DNA from: a virus
Strand: one strand, 5' to 3'
Length of the DNA stretch: 64,000 nt
IMG/VR virus record: IMGVR_UViG_3300022200_000031
Span: 1 to 64,000 of that record
Shown: one piece after another, positions 46,301 through 55,652 of the stretch
Numbering within the stretch: the stretch's first letter is position 1
Layout of the letters: every line of letters starts with the position of its first letter
Translations under genes and position numbers: made by a program
The notes under the pieces: generated by a model
Databases searched by the model: none
What the model saw: only the letters and a program-made list of their open reading frames with translations
Told to the model about the DNA's origin: nothing

Positions 46301-48759
46301 CATGGGGCGGTACTGTTGAACTCTCCCCCACATCAGATGAATGGAAAGATACAACTCGCCGCCCAGCAGTTGTTGTGGACCAGGAAGGTGTATACGATGC
46401 AATGCTTGGTATCATTAACGAGACTGATGCGTTGGGTACTGTATGGGGGGAATGGCAGACTAACTGGACCGGTGTAAGTATTAGTACATCTACACAAGCG
46501 TTTGGTAATGGTTCACGTCGTGGTTGGGGTAACCGTATCCAAACTACTACTACAACCACTACTACCACAGGCCAATCACGTCAGGGTATTGAAACCTCTG
46601 TTGTACCTGATACAATCAACACCAATATTGGTGATCGTGTAGTTGAGGTCAACTTTGCACCATTCATTCGCTCTCGTCTGGTTAGCTTCAAGGCAACACG
46701 TCTGAAGCCTAACACTGAAATGTTTGCGTTCTTTGATGGTGTGGCTGTTACTCCATTTGTTCGTCAGGAATCTACATTTACAAAGTATACAGATGGAGAC
46801 AATCCAACCGTAAATGGTAAGAACCTCCTTACTGCGCACCCAGATGGTGCTACAACTCTAACCACTAATGCAGCGGGTGAGTTGATTGGTTCGTTCTTCA
46901 TTCCTAATAGTGACGCACTAAACTTTAAGACTGGTACACGTATCTTCCGTCTATGCGATGATCCATCAAACAATGAGGTCAATACTACAACATTTGCAGA
47001 AGCAGCGTACAATGCCAAAGGCCTGATTGAGACCAAAGAGAATGTAACAATCTCTACTCGTGTTCCACTGATCGAGCGTCGTGAAGTTTCTGGTAACCGT
47101 ATTATCAGTAACACACGCAACAACACTTCTGCATCATGGTATGATCCACTTGCTCAATCATTCATGGTTGATTTGGATGGTGGTGCATTTATTACATCAC
47201 TGGATCTGTTCTTCCACAAGAAGGCATCTGACATTCCTGTTACTGTACAGATTCGTGAGATGAACCAGGGTCTGCCAACTCAGACTATCGTACCGTTTGG
47301 TGAGGTAACTCTGAACCCTGCTGACGTCAATGTGGTAGATCTTACCTCTTCAAATCCTGATCCTAATCAGGTGACTACATTCACATTCCCATCTCCTGTA
47401 TACCTACAGCAAAACCAAGAATACTGTTTTGTTATTATGGCTAATACAAATGAGTATGAAGTGTGGTATGCAGAGATTGGTGAGAATAACTATATTACCG
47501 GCGAGCGTATTTCTAAGCAGCCTTATGCTGGTGTATTGTTCAAATCACAGAATGCTTCTACTTGGTCTCCTGATCAGAATAAGGATATCAAGTTCCGTAT
47601 GAAGCGTGCTGACTTTAATATTGATAATCCTGGTACTGTGGTAATGAATAACGGTTCTGTTCAGGAACGCAAACTGATTAAAAACCCATTTAGCACTACC
47701 AGCGGTTCTAGTCTGGTCCGTGTAGCACATCGTAACCATCACTTCTATGAAGAAACCAACAGTATTCCTTCATATGTAACTATCAGTGGTGCTACAGATG
47801 TCAACGGTATCCCAGCGGCCACAATGAACGCAACCCACCAGGTTCAGGGTGTTGAGATGGATTCATACCTGATTGATGTTGGTGTGAATGCAACTGGTAC
47901 TGGTATTGATGGTGGTACAGATGTTACTGTTACAGAGAACCAAGGTTTCAATACATTCTACACATTCCTGCAGCATCTGAATCTTCCTGGTACCAATTCC
48001 ACATGGGGTGTTCGTACCTGTACTGGTATGAGTCTTGGTGCTACCAGCCCAACTCCATATGTGGTTGATTCCGCGTACACTCCTGTGATTGTTAATCAGA
48101 ACTACACATTAGACGCACCAAAGGTAATTGCTTCAGATGACAACGAACAGCAGGGTAAGTCATTCTACCTGAGAGGTTCACTTGTATCCACTAAGGATAA
48201 TATCTCTCCTGTGATTGACCTTGAACGTGCATCCGTATATACGATTTCCAACAGAATTAATAACCCTGTGGGTGACAATCCAAGTACGACTGGTCCTTCC
48301 GATGCATTCATTGATGCACTTGGTAATGTATGGCCATCTGATAACAGCAATCCTAACAATGCACCTACAGGATTTAACTATGTTGCTGACTTCGGTACAG
48401 AAGCAACAACTGATGTTGGTTCGACTGCAGCGAAGTATGTTACTAAGGCTGTGTCGTTGGCAGAGTCTGCTGATGGCTTAAGAATCTTCTTAGATGTTAA
48501 CAAGCCATCAAGAACTTATGTTGACTTGATGTATAAGGCAGTTAACGCAGAAGAAGAAATTGCAACTACTGATTGGACTCTTGCTACTCCTAGCGAACCA
48601 ATTCCTTATGCGGACGACAACACCTACCGTGAGGTTGAATGGGAAATTGATCCTCCTGGTGTGTTCAATGTATTCCAGCTTAAGATTGTTCTGAGAAGTA
48701 GTAATTCATCACAGATTCCAACCATTAAGGATCTGAGATCAATCGCACTAGTACCATGA
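43354..48759 (+). CDS. large baseplate/virion structural protein (VrlC / DUF4815-like)
   Basis: NVEPYYDDF, LFRPG.AVQARELTQ, APGAHR, RYTMRDIG.LEKRI..LEYYT, DPLAQSF. Confidence 0.85.
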   Translation: MAIKFNVEPYYDDFETATAVDGLSPQEKYHRILFRPGHAVQARELTQIQSMLQHQVTSMGNHFFEEGSMVIPGHVSFEGKLDYIKLSSLSGIPQAASYPSTDEGQAQYEAAFEAFFDNQVGNVYTGGTTGITARVVKVLPAEGTDPVTMYVKYLSAGSSGETVFDDGETLTATADSTTYTAVAAASASTGFGSAAFVERGIYYLKGNFVIVQNGSLILDKYDVNPSYDVGLQITESIVDSATDPSLNDNANGTSNYAAPGAHRYQIKSELVKQAVGGTTIENFLLLIRVEEGSIAQKVRTTDYSVIEETLARRTFDESGNYTVRPFMVNVREHTDVNTPGDDAKLALGIEPSKAYVRGYEIETLSTTYVNVDKARDSTLFEAASVPMLIGNYVTIENVEGIPDIQTFERMEIHSSTGGAGGIIGYARARSYVYAGSGEYRIYLFDIQMSSGYTFAEYAKSFKLASTPEFIADIILDGSGKAIIQEPTRNTMVFPLPFNRVKTCDSQPDGVADDFNYVYFCNRYLGSSPVSSGEAVFATVGSNELLEPFDDENWILTVASGANSGDIVPLSTGSVTIATNSESVTISGLGAYEGNNVKLIAGVKRTLNQKAKSLTTSGNDNIHLFSIASPTGDDQLGFADGYKLHAVYMSANMSTPATVNDDDVSEYYDFDNGQRDNFYDLARLKLKPTTAFRPTGQLLVKYEYYTHGGGDFFTIDSYDNLEDSTGHTVSYEDIPAFVSKSTGQSIELRSAIDFRPRVSNAGNNFTGTGAQVSVCPEPLTTFTTDVQYYLNRIDKVYIDKDGNFGVVKGVPAVEPELPDDPKDAMVLYHVFVPAYTLTPEEVVIDMIDNKRYTMRDIGKLEKRINTLEYYTSLSLLEKEAADKQIVDPTTQVQRLKAGFLVDSFASHNVGNVTSPEYRCSIDRANRRLRPSFSEDNVRLLYNSTLSSNVQKTGDLITLPYTETPLFYQSQASGQINVNPFDVFSWGGTVELSPTSDEWKDTTRRPAVVVDQEGVYDAMLGIINETDALGTVWGEWQTNWTGVSISTSTQAFGNGSRRGWGNRIQTTTTTTTTTGQSRQGIETSVVPDTINTNIGDRVVEVNFAPFIRSRLVSFKATRLKPNTEMFAFFDGVAVTPFVRQESTFTKYTDGDNPTVNGKNLLTAHPDGATTLTTNAAGELIGSFFIPNSDALNFKTGTRIFRLCDDPSNNEVNTTTFAEAAYNAKGLIETKENVTISTRVPLIERREVSGNRIISNTRNNTSASWYDPLAQSFMVDLDGGAFITSLDLFFHKKASDIPVTVQIREMNQGLPTQTIVPFGEVTLNPADVNVVDLTSSNPDPNQVTTFTFPSPVYLQQNQEYCFVIMANTNEYEVWYAEIGENNYITGERISKQPYAGVLFKSQNASTWSPDQNKDIKFRMKRADFNIDNPGTVVMNNGSVQERKLIKNPFSTTSGSSLVRVAHRNHHFYEETNSIPSYVTISGATDVNGIPAATMNATHQVQGVEMDSYLIDVGVNATGTGIDGGTDVTVTENQGFNTFYTFLQHLNLPGTNSTWGVRTCTGMSLGATSPTPYVVDSAYTPVIVNQNYTLDAPKVIASDDNEQQGKSFYLRGSLVSTKDNISPVIDLERASVYTISNRINNPVGDNPSTTGPSDAFIDALGNVWPSDNSNPNNAPTGFNYVADFGTEATTDVGSTAAKYVTKAVSLAESADGLRIFLDVNKPSRTYVDLMYKAVNAEEEIATTDWTLATPSEPIPYADDNTYREVEWEIDPPGVFNVFQLKIVLRSSNSSQIPTIKDLRSIALVP

Positions 48760-48971
48760 TAGATCATAAGATGATCCCTGTTGAAGATCATCCAAATCTT
48801 TTCAGGGATCCAGTTACAAATGCGATTATAAATATGGATACAAGATCTGCTGCGTCTAACAGAAATGCTAGAATGAAAGCAAAGCAACGCGATGAGGACA
48901 TTGAAAACCTCAAGAATGATATGGCAGAAATTAAAGAATTATTGACCCAACTTTTAGCGAGTAAGAACTAA
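48756..48971 (+). CDS. small coiled-coil conserved protein
   Basis: L.RD..T.AIIN, EIKELL. Confidence 0.7.
   Translation: MIDHKMIPVEDHPNLFRDPVTNAIINMDTRSAASNRNARMKAKQRDEDIENLKNDMAEIKELLTQLLASKN
48827..48834 (+). promoter_or_regulatory. late promoter upstream of the fibre and modification island
   Basis: TATAAATA. Confidence 0.65.
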
Positions 48972-51886
48972 TGGCAATTGTTATCGTACCAAACACAGAC
49001 ACTTTTAACCAATGGCGTGTAAAGACAAACACCATTGGTTCAGGTGTTGGTGACCTTTCTACTCTGATCAATGATGCTGTTCTAACATATACAGGTCTTA
49101 CTGGCCAGAATGAAGGAACATTCACTGGTACGCCTGCCACATTCACAATTGTGAATAATCAGGGTACATATGAAGTAACCGTTACCAATGGTGGTGATGG
49201 ATACGCAGTTGGTGATACTGTGTTGATCACCGGTGGCCAGATCGGTGGTGTTGATGGTGTAAATGATGCAACGATCACTGTTGCGACTGTTGACGCACTT
49301 GGAGTTGGTGAGGTACAGACTGCTACTGTAGCTGGTACAACCACCGCTAACCTCGTTGCACAGGTAAACAACCTTAGAGATGATGTGGGTGACACCAACA
49401 CTGCACTACAAACTAATGCTGCTCAGGTACGCGATGCGATTAACGAATTTGAAGAAGTATTGAGAGGTGCTGGTGCCAATAACTACACCCTCAACACAGA
49501 TGCTGACAACTTGGTTGCTGCTATCAATGAGCTGGAAACAGCAGTTCGTGGCACTAATATAGATTACAACCTTGATACCACATCTAATGATTTGGTATCT
49601 GCAATCAATGAATTCCAAGCTGAGTTGGGTCTGGTAGAGAGTTTTGATGCCACAGGCACTTCTCCTATTGCGGACGCTAATCACACAATTACGTACGTTA
49701 ATATTGGATCGACGTTCGAGGCCGCTGTTAATGCACTGAAAGATAAAGTCGACTACCATTCAGATGAACTTGGTGGTAAGATGTCTGCAGACTATGATGG
49801 TCCTGAGACAAACCATATGGATGCGCTGAACGCATTGTACAATGCATCTTCTCTTGGTACCTTGGATAATACATACGTTCGTCGTTCTGGTACTCTTGAC
49901 ATGACTGGTATGTTCCAGCTTCATCAGGATGGTATCACTTCAAACGCAAACAGCATGCTTCTGAAGACTGGTGCTGCTGATGTGACTGCTATTACAATCA
50001 GTGCAACAAATCAAAATGTTGGTATTGGCGGTGGTGTTGGCACACAGAAGTTAAAGGTTACTGGTGGTGTTAATGCTACCACTGGTTTCTATTATAATGG
50101 AGATGATACAGACACCCGTTATATCCGTGCTGATGTTGGCTCTGCACAGACCCTTGAAATTGATACGACGGTTACTGCATCCATTAATCTCGATCCTGGT
50201 GCAGGTGAAACAGTAACAATTGATGGTTCAATTGTTGCTAGTGATAGCTATACTTTCCTTGAATGGTTCCAGGACACAGTTGGTGATATGTTTACCGGTA
50301 ACCAGGAGTCTGGTGGTATCAGTGGTGTATACAATGATGGTACTGGCAAGATCACTCTTGCAATTGCAGATGATGGCCACAACCACGTCGTAAGTAATAT
50401 TGATGATTTCGATAACGAAGTTAAGGATCGTGCTGCAGCAATGATCACAGGTGCTACTCACTCTGGTCTTGCTACAACATACGATAATGTAAATAATCGC
50501 CTCACATTCAATGTCAATGACCCTGTTCTAACTATCTCTGGTGAAGCAACTGGTTCAGCCACAATGACTAACCTTAGTAACACCACTATTAGTGTTACCC
50601 TGGATCAGGAAGTCATTCAGGACAAAGCAGCACCATTACTGTCTAATGGTGTTCATACTGGTCTGTCTGCTACTTATGATGATGCAAACAACCGTATCAA
50701 TCTTGCATTGACTGCTGACCCAACTATTGCACTTTCTGGTGATGTATCAGGTTCGGTAACCCTTACCAACCTTGGTACCCAGACATTTACAATTAATGCT
50801 GTAGTTGCTGATGATAGCCACAATCACGTTATTGGTAATATTGACAACTTCACTGAAGAAGTACAAGACATTGTTGGTGCCATGGTTGCTCCAACAAACG
50901 TTGAATCTGGTATTACTGTAACATACGATGACAATACTGGTAAGTTGAACTTTGATGTTAATGATCCTACCATTACATTGAATGGGGATGTAACGGGTTC
51001 TGCTACAATGTCGAACCTTGGTTCAATGACCATCACTACTACTATCGTCAACGATTCACACACCCATGATGATCGTTACTATACAGAATCGGAAGCAGAT
51101 AGTCGCTTCTTTAATGTGTCTGGTGACACTATCACTGGTAGCTGCACTGTGCAGGGTGATATTTACCTGGGTTCAGGTGCTTCATCCTCGCTCCAACATT
51201 TCTGGGACAATAACAGTAGCACCTGGCGTACATTCCAATACGATCAGAGCAACTGGTATGTTGAAGATGATGGCGGCACAAACCGTCTGTTGGTTCATGC
51301 TGGTAACCTAGGTTCATTTACATTCCCATCTGCATCAAACGCGAACACCCTTGATGGTATTGACTCCTCACAGTTCCTGCGTTCAGATGCAAATGACACT
51401 GCAACCGGTAACCTAACCACTTCTCACTTATATGCTAGATCCAATGGTGCATATGATCTTGGTACAGGTACAGTAAGATATCGTACAATGTATGCTGGTA
51501 CATTTAACGGTACAGCAACCACCGCACAATACGCTGACTTGGCAGAGAAATACCTTGCTGATGGTGAATATGTTGCCGGTACTGTTATTGCGGTAGGTGG
51601 TGAAGCTGAAGTGACTGCCGCCACGGACGAAATTGCCCATTCAGTGATTGGTGTTGTATCAGAGAATCCAGCATTCCGAATGAATGAAGATCTCGAGAAT
51701 GGTACCTACATTGCACTGAAGGGACGTGTTCCTGTCCGCGTACAGGGAGATGTTAAGAAGGGGGACCGTTTGGTTGCCTCATCAACTCCAGGTGTAGCTG
51801 AAGCAAATAATGCTATGGGAATGTGGTCATTTGCTGTTGCCTTAACAGACAAAGTAGGGGATACTGTAGAAGCTGTTATTCTTTAA
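48971..51886 (+). CDS. tail/neck fibre with repeats, HxH motifs and C-terminal peptidase G2-type autocleaving chaperone
   Basis: TDTFNQWRVKTN start; LVAAINE repeats; HNH/HTH doublets; ADLAEKY...IGVVS.NP...GRVPV..KGD. Confidence 0.82.
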   Translation: MAIVIVPNTDTFNQWRVKTNTIGSGVGDLSTLINDAVLTYTGLTGQNEGTFTGTPATFTIVNNQGTYEVTVTNGGDGYAVGDTVLITGGQIGGVDGVNDATITVATVDALGVGEVQTATVAGTTTANLVAQVNNLRDDVGDTNTALQTNAAQVRDAINEFEEVLRGAGANNYTLNTDADNLVAAINELETAVRGTNIDYNLDTTSNDLVSAINEFQAELGLVESFDATGTSPIADANHTITYVNIGSTFEAAVNALKDKVDYHSDELGGKMSADYDGPETNHMDALNALYNASSLGTLDNTYVRRSGTLDMTGMFQLHQDGITSNANSMLLKTGAADVTAITISATNQNVGIGGGVGTQKLKVTGGVNATTGFYYNGDDTDTRYIRADVGSAQTLEIDTTVTASINLDPGAGETVTIDGSIVASDSYTFLEWFQDTVGDMFTGNQESGGISGVYNDGTGKITLAIADDGHNHVVSNIDDFDNEVKDRAAAMITGATHSGLATTYDNVNNRLTFNVNDPVLTISGEATGSATMTNLSNTTISVTLDQEVIQDKAAPLLSNGVHTGLSATYDDANNRINLALTADPTIALSGDVSGSVTLTNLGTQTFTINAVVADDSHNHVIGNIDNFTEEVQDIVGAMVAPTNVESGITVTYDDNTGKLNFDVNDPTITLNGDVTGSATMSNLGSMTITTTIVNDSHTHDDRYYTESEADSRFFNVSGDTITGSCTVQGDIYLGSGASSSLQHFWDNNSSTWRTFQYDQSNWYVEDDGGTNRLLVHAGNLGSFTFPSASNANTLDGIDSSQFLRSDANDTATGNLTTSHLYARSNGAYDLGTGTVRYRTMYAGTFNGTATTAQYADLAEKYLADGEYVAGTVIAVGGEAEVTAATDEIAHSVIGVVSENPAFRMNEDLENGTYIALKGRVPVRVQGDVKKGDRLVASSTPGVAEANNAMGMWSFAVALTDKVGDTVEAVIL

Positions 51887-51895
51887 GGAGCTTCT

Positions 51896-52645
51896 ATGAT
51901 TGGTATTGTTGGTTATGGATTTGTGGGTAAGGCTGTCGAATACGGCTTTAGCAAAACAGATCATTTTATTGTCGACCCCCTACATTTTCCAGAACACTCT
52001 CTAGCTGATCTAGTTGAGCACAATCCCGAAGCGATCTTTGTGTGTGTTCCTACTGATGATGGGGATCAGTTTGCTACATTAACTGATACTCTTGATCAGA
52101 TTGCAGGTCTAGGCTACAAGGGTATTGTAGTAGTCAAATCTACTGTTCTTCCAAAGTACCTTGAGGGGTACAATGTTGTCTACAATCCTGAGTTTCTTTC
52201 TCGCCGTACTGCATTTGAAGATTTTGTAAAACCACACGTCTTAGTGATTGGTGGCCAGCAATCTAAAGCAAAGCGTGTATTGGAAATGTATATGAACTAC
52301 TCTGATGTTCGTTGTGATAACATCTTCCTCACTTCAGTTAATGCTGCCTCAATGGTTAAATATATGTTCAACACATACTATGCAACCAAACTAACCTTCA
52401 TGAATCAGATGTATGATGTGGCGCAGCAGGCTGGTGTACATTGGAATGATATCAAACAGATTCTTGGAAAACATCCATGGGTAGGAACATATCATCTTGA
52501 TGTCCCTGGTTATGAGGGGCGAGGTTTTAGTGGTCCATGTCTTCCCAAGGATACAAAAGCCCTTGCTGCTGAATATGATGTTGAATTGCTACATAAGGTG
52601 TTGGAGTTAAACGACAAATACCGAGATGAAAACTCTACTAGTTGA
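51896..52645 (+). CDS. ugd: UDP-glucose/GDP-mannose dehydrogenase family, lacking the C-terminal domain
   Basis: GYGFVG, CVPT, KSTV, NPEFL, GFSGPCLPKD. Confidence 0.88.
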   Translation: MIGIVGYGFVGKAVEYGFSKTDHFIVDPLHFPEHSLADLVEHNPEAIFVCVPTDDGDQFATLTDTLDQIAGLGYKGIVVVKSTVLPKYLEGYNVVYNPEFLSRRTAFEDFVKPHVLVIGGQQSKAKRVLEMYMNYSDVRCDNIFLTSVNAASMVKYMFNTYYATKLTFMNQMYDVAQQAGVHWNDIKQILGKHPWVGTYHLDVPGYEGRGFSGPCLPKDTKALAAEYDVELLHKVLELNDKYRDENSTS

Positions 52646-53630
52646 ACTTTCAGAACAATGCAATCTCGATTGCTCGTACTGTGGTGTAAACAAAAGATCA
52701 AAACAGAAAGTAAATCTTGATCATGTTCTCGAGCAGTATAGTCTCCTGCGTTCAAAATACCCCGACGAGAAAATAAAGATAGACTTCTTCGGTGGTGAAC
52801 CTTTGTTGCAGCTTGATAGAATTAAGTCTATTATTGAGGCTACAGAGAACGACCCCAATCTTGAATATTTTATGCCAACTAATGGTCTTGTTTTAACACA
52901 AGAAATGGCGGATTATCTGATATCAAAGAATGTAAGAATGTCACTATCGTTTGATGGACTCTGGCAGGACGACAACCGAAAGCAATTATCCGGTAACGGC
53001 ACTCTCACCAAGTATATGGCAAAGAGTGATCTATTTAAGTCTCTCCCACTAGAATGTCATACTATGATCACTAGGGGAAACTATAATCTTCTTGAAAACC
53101 ACCTTTTTATCCAGGACTTAATCGGAAAAAATTCCGATCAAACGCTTGTCCGTGACAGAAATATATGGGATAATGACAGTGTAGATAAACTAAAGGCTGG
53201 TATCACTGAGTTGTTTGAGTGGTATAAAAGACATCCAGAAAAAGAGATGCCGGGGTTGATTAAACATTACCTTAGCCATATAGTAAGGTATAAGTATAAG
53301 AAGGTAGAGCTGAATACCTGTGGTGCTGGTGAGAAGATGATCACCGTTGCAGACGAAGACAAGGTTCTTCCCTGCGGTAGGTTTAGAAACGAACCAGACA
53401 CTATTGCTAGTATTCCTATCTACACAAAAATGTCTGAGTGTGAGACATGCGAAGTGAGACACTACTGTAAGAAGGGGTGTCTGTATGAACAGATACACAA
53501 CGGTGGACCTATTAAGGAGCTGTGTGACATCTACAAGCATATCTACTCAGAAGAATTTAATATGATCAAACAGTTGAAGAATGATCAGCACTTTGTAGGT
53601 GTATTGAAAAAGGAAATTATGGATGCTTGA
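52626..53630 (+). CDS. radical SAM/SPASM protein (peptide maturase / anSME-like)
   Basis: CNLDCSYC, FFGGEP, TNG, SFDG; CGAG..PC and CETC..YCKKGC. Confidence 0.9.
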   Translation: MKTLLVELSEQCNLDCSYCGVNKRSKQKVNLDHVLEQYSLLRSKYPDEKIKIDFFGGEPLLQLDRIKSIIEATENDPNLEYFMPTNGLVLTQEMADYLISKNVRMSLSFDGLWQDDNRKQLSGNGTLTKYMAKSDLFKSLPLECHTMITRGNYNLLENHLFIQDLIGKNSDQTLVRDRNIWDNDSVDKLKAGITELFEWYKRHPEKEMPGLIKHYLSHIVRYKYKKVELNTCGAGEKMITVADEDKVLPCGRFRNEPDTIASIPIYTKMSECETCEVRHYCKKGCLYEQIHNGGPIKELCDIYKHIYSEEFNMIKQLKNDQHFVGVLKKEIMDA

Positions 53631-53841
53631 TGATAAAGACAAAGCGAATGCATCGTTGTTTAATGCTGCTGCCCATCTAACAGAGGCAGCAAAGTATATG
53701 TCTGACATGGATAAGGGGATCTCACTAAAGATCTTTGCCATGGCAGATAAGATCCTTTCCATTATTGATGCCCCCCAACCAAAGTTATCAAATAAAGAAC
53801 TGGATGATATTCTGGAGGAGATTCTAAATGCAGAAGACTAG
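53623..53841 (+). CDS. small helical hypothetical protein in the rSAM cluster
   Basis: Overlaps both flanking rSAM genes. Confidence 0.6.
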   Translation: MLDDKDKANASLFNAAAHLTEAAKYMSDMDKGISLKIFAMADKILSIIDAPQPKLSNKELDDILEEILNAED

Positions 53842-54964
53842 AGGACCGCTGGTAATTGAGCTGACTACCAGTGCATTATGTGATCTGAATTGCACATATT
53901 GCTTTGAGGGTGAGAAGGTTAACAAGCAGAGGCTTGAGGACTTTGACACACTGTATGCTAGGATTGATGAACTAACTAGTGACCCATGGTTTAAAGAAAA
54001 CTACAATGGATTCACATTCTCATTTTGGGGCGGTGAACCGACACTTAACCACGAGTATATTGTCAAAGTAATCAATCACTTCAAGGACCATCCTGCAGTA
54101 GGTCAGTTTCATATCTACACCAATGGTTTCAACTTCAAGAATATGAGTCGAATTATTGATAATGTAGACACAACCAAACTGCATATTCAAGTTTCATATG
54201 ACGGTCAAATTACTAATGATATTTTCAGATTGACGAACAAAGGAACCTCCACAACTGAACAAGTACTAAATACCTTTGACAAATTGGCCAAAAGAGGTAT
54301 TGATCTTGCAATAAAGAGTACACTACCCACTACTTCTATTTTTAGTCTGTATGATACATGGCTAGAATTTGAAGGTTTGGTTAATAAATATAAGGATTAC
54401 CCAAACGTAAAAATTAACTTTGCGCCAACGATTGAGTATGCTATGGGACACACACCATTTGGTGGGGAAACGGATCATGCAGTTGCAAAGTTTGAAAAGC
54501 AGATGAAAAAGATCGCCAAAAAGGAGATCGAATTCTACAAGGAGCATGGAAGGTTCTTGTGCTCATGGTTTGGTAGCTCTGATAGTAAGACAAACTGTAC
54601 TGCTGGAGCTAGTATGATGGCAGTAGATGTGGACGGTGGAGTGTATGCTTGCCATGGTGCTCTCTACTCTCCTCAGAAGGAAGACATGAAATCAGCAACG
54701 ATTTTCGATAATGATTTCACTGTTAAGGTAAAAGACTTTGCGGACAAGCATGTTCCTGCAAGGCATAGGATTAATGACATCTGTAAGGGATGTGTTGCAA
54801 CATACTGTGCTGTATGCCCTGTTGCGGTATATGACGCAAGTAAGAAGGTTGACCATCTAGATAGATGGACAGATAGATGTGTGAATGGGTTGTGTAAGTT
54901 CTATAAGGCGTTTGGGCGATTAGATAGAGCTGTACAGCACCATATAAACAACTTGGAGAAGTGA
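53828..54964 (+). CDS. radical SAM/SPASM protein
   Basis: CDLNCTYC, FWGGEP, TNG, SYDG; CTAG..ACH and CKGC..YCAVCP..C. Confidence 0.9.
   Translation: MQKTRGPLVIELTTSALCDLNCTYCFEGEKVNKQRLEDFDTLYARIDELTSDPWFKENYNGFTFSFWGGEPTLNHEYIVKVINHFKDHPAVGQFHIYTNGFNFKNMSRIIDNVDTTKLHIQVSYDGQITNDIFRLTNKGTSTTEQVLNTFDKLAKRGIDLAIKSTLPTTSIFSLYDTWLEFEGLVNKYKDYPNVKINFAPTIEYAMGHTPFGGETDHAVAKFEKQMKKIAKKEIEFYKEHGRFLCSWFGSSDSKTNCTAGASMMAVDVDGGVYACHGALYSPQKEDMKSATIFDNDFTVKVKDFADKHVPARHRINDICKGCVATYCAVCPVAVYDASKKVDHLDRWTDRCVNGLCKFYKAFGRLDRAVQHHINNLEK
54943..54950 (+). promoter_or_regulatory. late promoter variant TATAAACA
   Basis: One mismatch from consensus, 16 nt upstream of ATG 54966, GGAG RBS between. Confidence 0.4.
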
Positions 54965-54965
54965 T

Positions 54966-55652
54966 ATGACAGTAGGTGTAGTTGACGCTGGTGATAATTG
55001 TACAGCAGCACATTGTATCAATCATGGTACAGGTACCACCACGTGTGTTGAACACCGCAGTACATGCTCAACCAACCGTGCATTGACATTCTCTGACTTT
55101 GCTCAGGGTGGCAACATTACTGCTACCCAGGTAGAGGAAATGAGAGTCAAGATTCGTGATGAGTTGGCTAGATACAACCTTCATGCTAACTACAACTACA
55201 CATTGTACCAGCCAACAGCTATTGGTGCTGGTGGTATTGTGGATGACACTCACTATAACAACCTGAATGATATGATCCGTCAGGCCTACGGTTCCGATAT
55301 CAATAAGGCTGCGGGTCAGCTGATTGATGATGCAGATTGGGATAACTTGATCTCATACTATAATGTGGTTCGCCAAAACTGCATCTGTAACACCGACTGC
55401 TCATGTAATAATGTGTGTGCGTGCCACAATGATTGTGATTGTAACTACAGCGATGAAAGACTGAAGGAGAATATTAAGTATCTTGGTCTGGTAAGTGATC
55501 TGAAAGTGTACAGCTTCAATTATATCTGGAACAAAGCAGAAGAGATGATTGGTGTGATGGCTCAGGATCTCATTGGTACCAAGTATGAGGATGCTCTTCG
55601 TAAAGACATTAACGGATACTACATGGTAGATTATAGTAGGTTGCCACTCTAA
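54966..55652 (+). CDS. Cys-rich fibre-like protein with peptidase S74 intramolecular chaperone; candidate rSAM substrate
   Basis: CICNTDCSCNNVCACHNDCDCNY followed by SDERLKENI..Y.FNY.W..GVMAQD..GYYMVDYS. Confidence 0.8.
   Translation: MTVGVVDAGDNCTAAHCINHGTGTTTCVEHRSTCSTNRALTFSDFAQGGNITATQVEEMRVKIRDELARYNLHANYNYTLYQPTAIGAGGIVDDTHYNNLNDMIRQAYGSDINKAAGQLIDDADWDNLISYYNVVRQNCICNTDCSCNNVCACHNDCDCNYSDERLKENIKYLGLVSDLKVYSFNYIWNKAEEMIGVMAQDLIGTKYEDALRKDINGYYMVDYSRLPL

Noticed and set aside
46542-46570. ACT/ACC/ACA run as a phase-variable repeat
   Set aside because: Mixed codons encoding a poly-Thr linker, not a pure microsatellite
48971-55652. Diversity-generating retroelement or invertible fibre cassette
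   Set aside because: No reverse transcriptase, invertase or adenine-variant repeat pair seen
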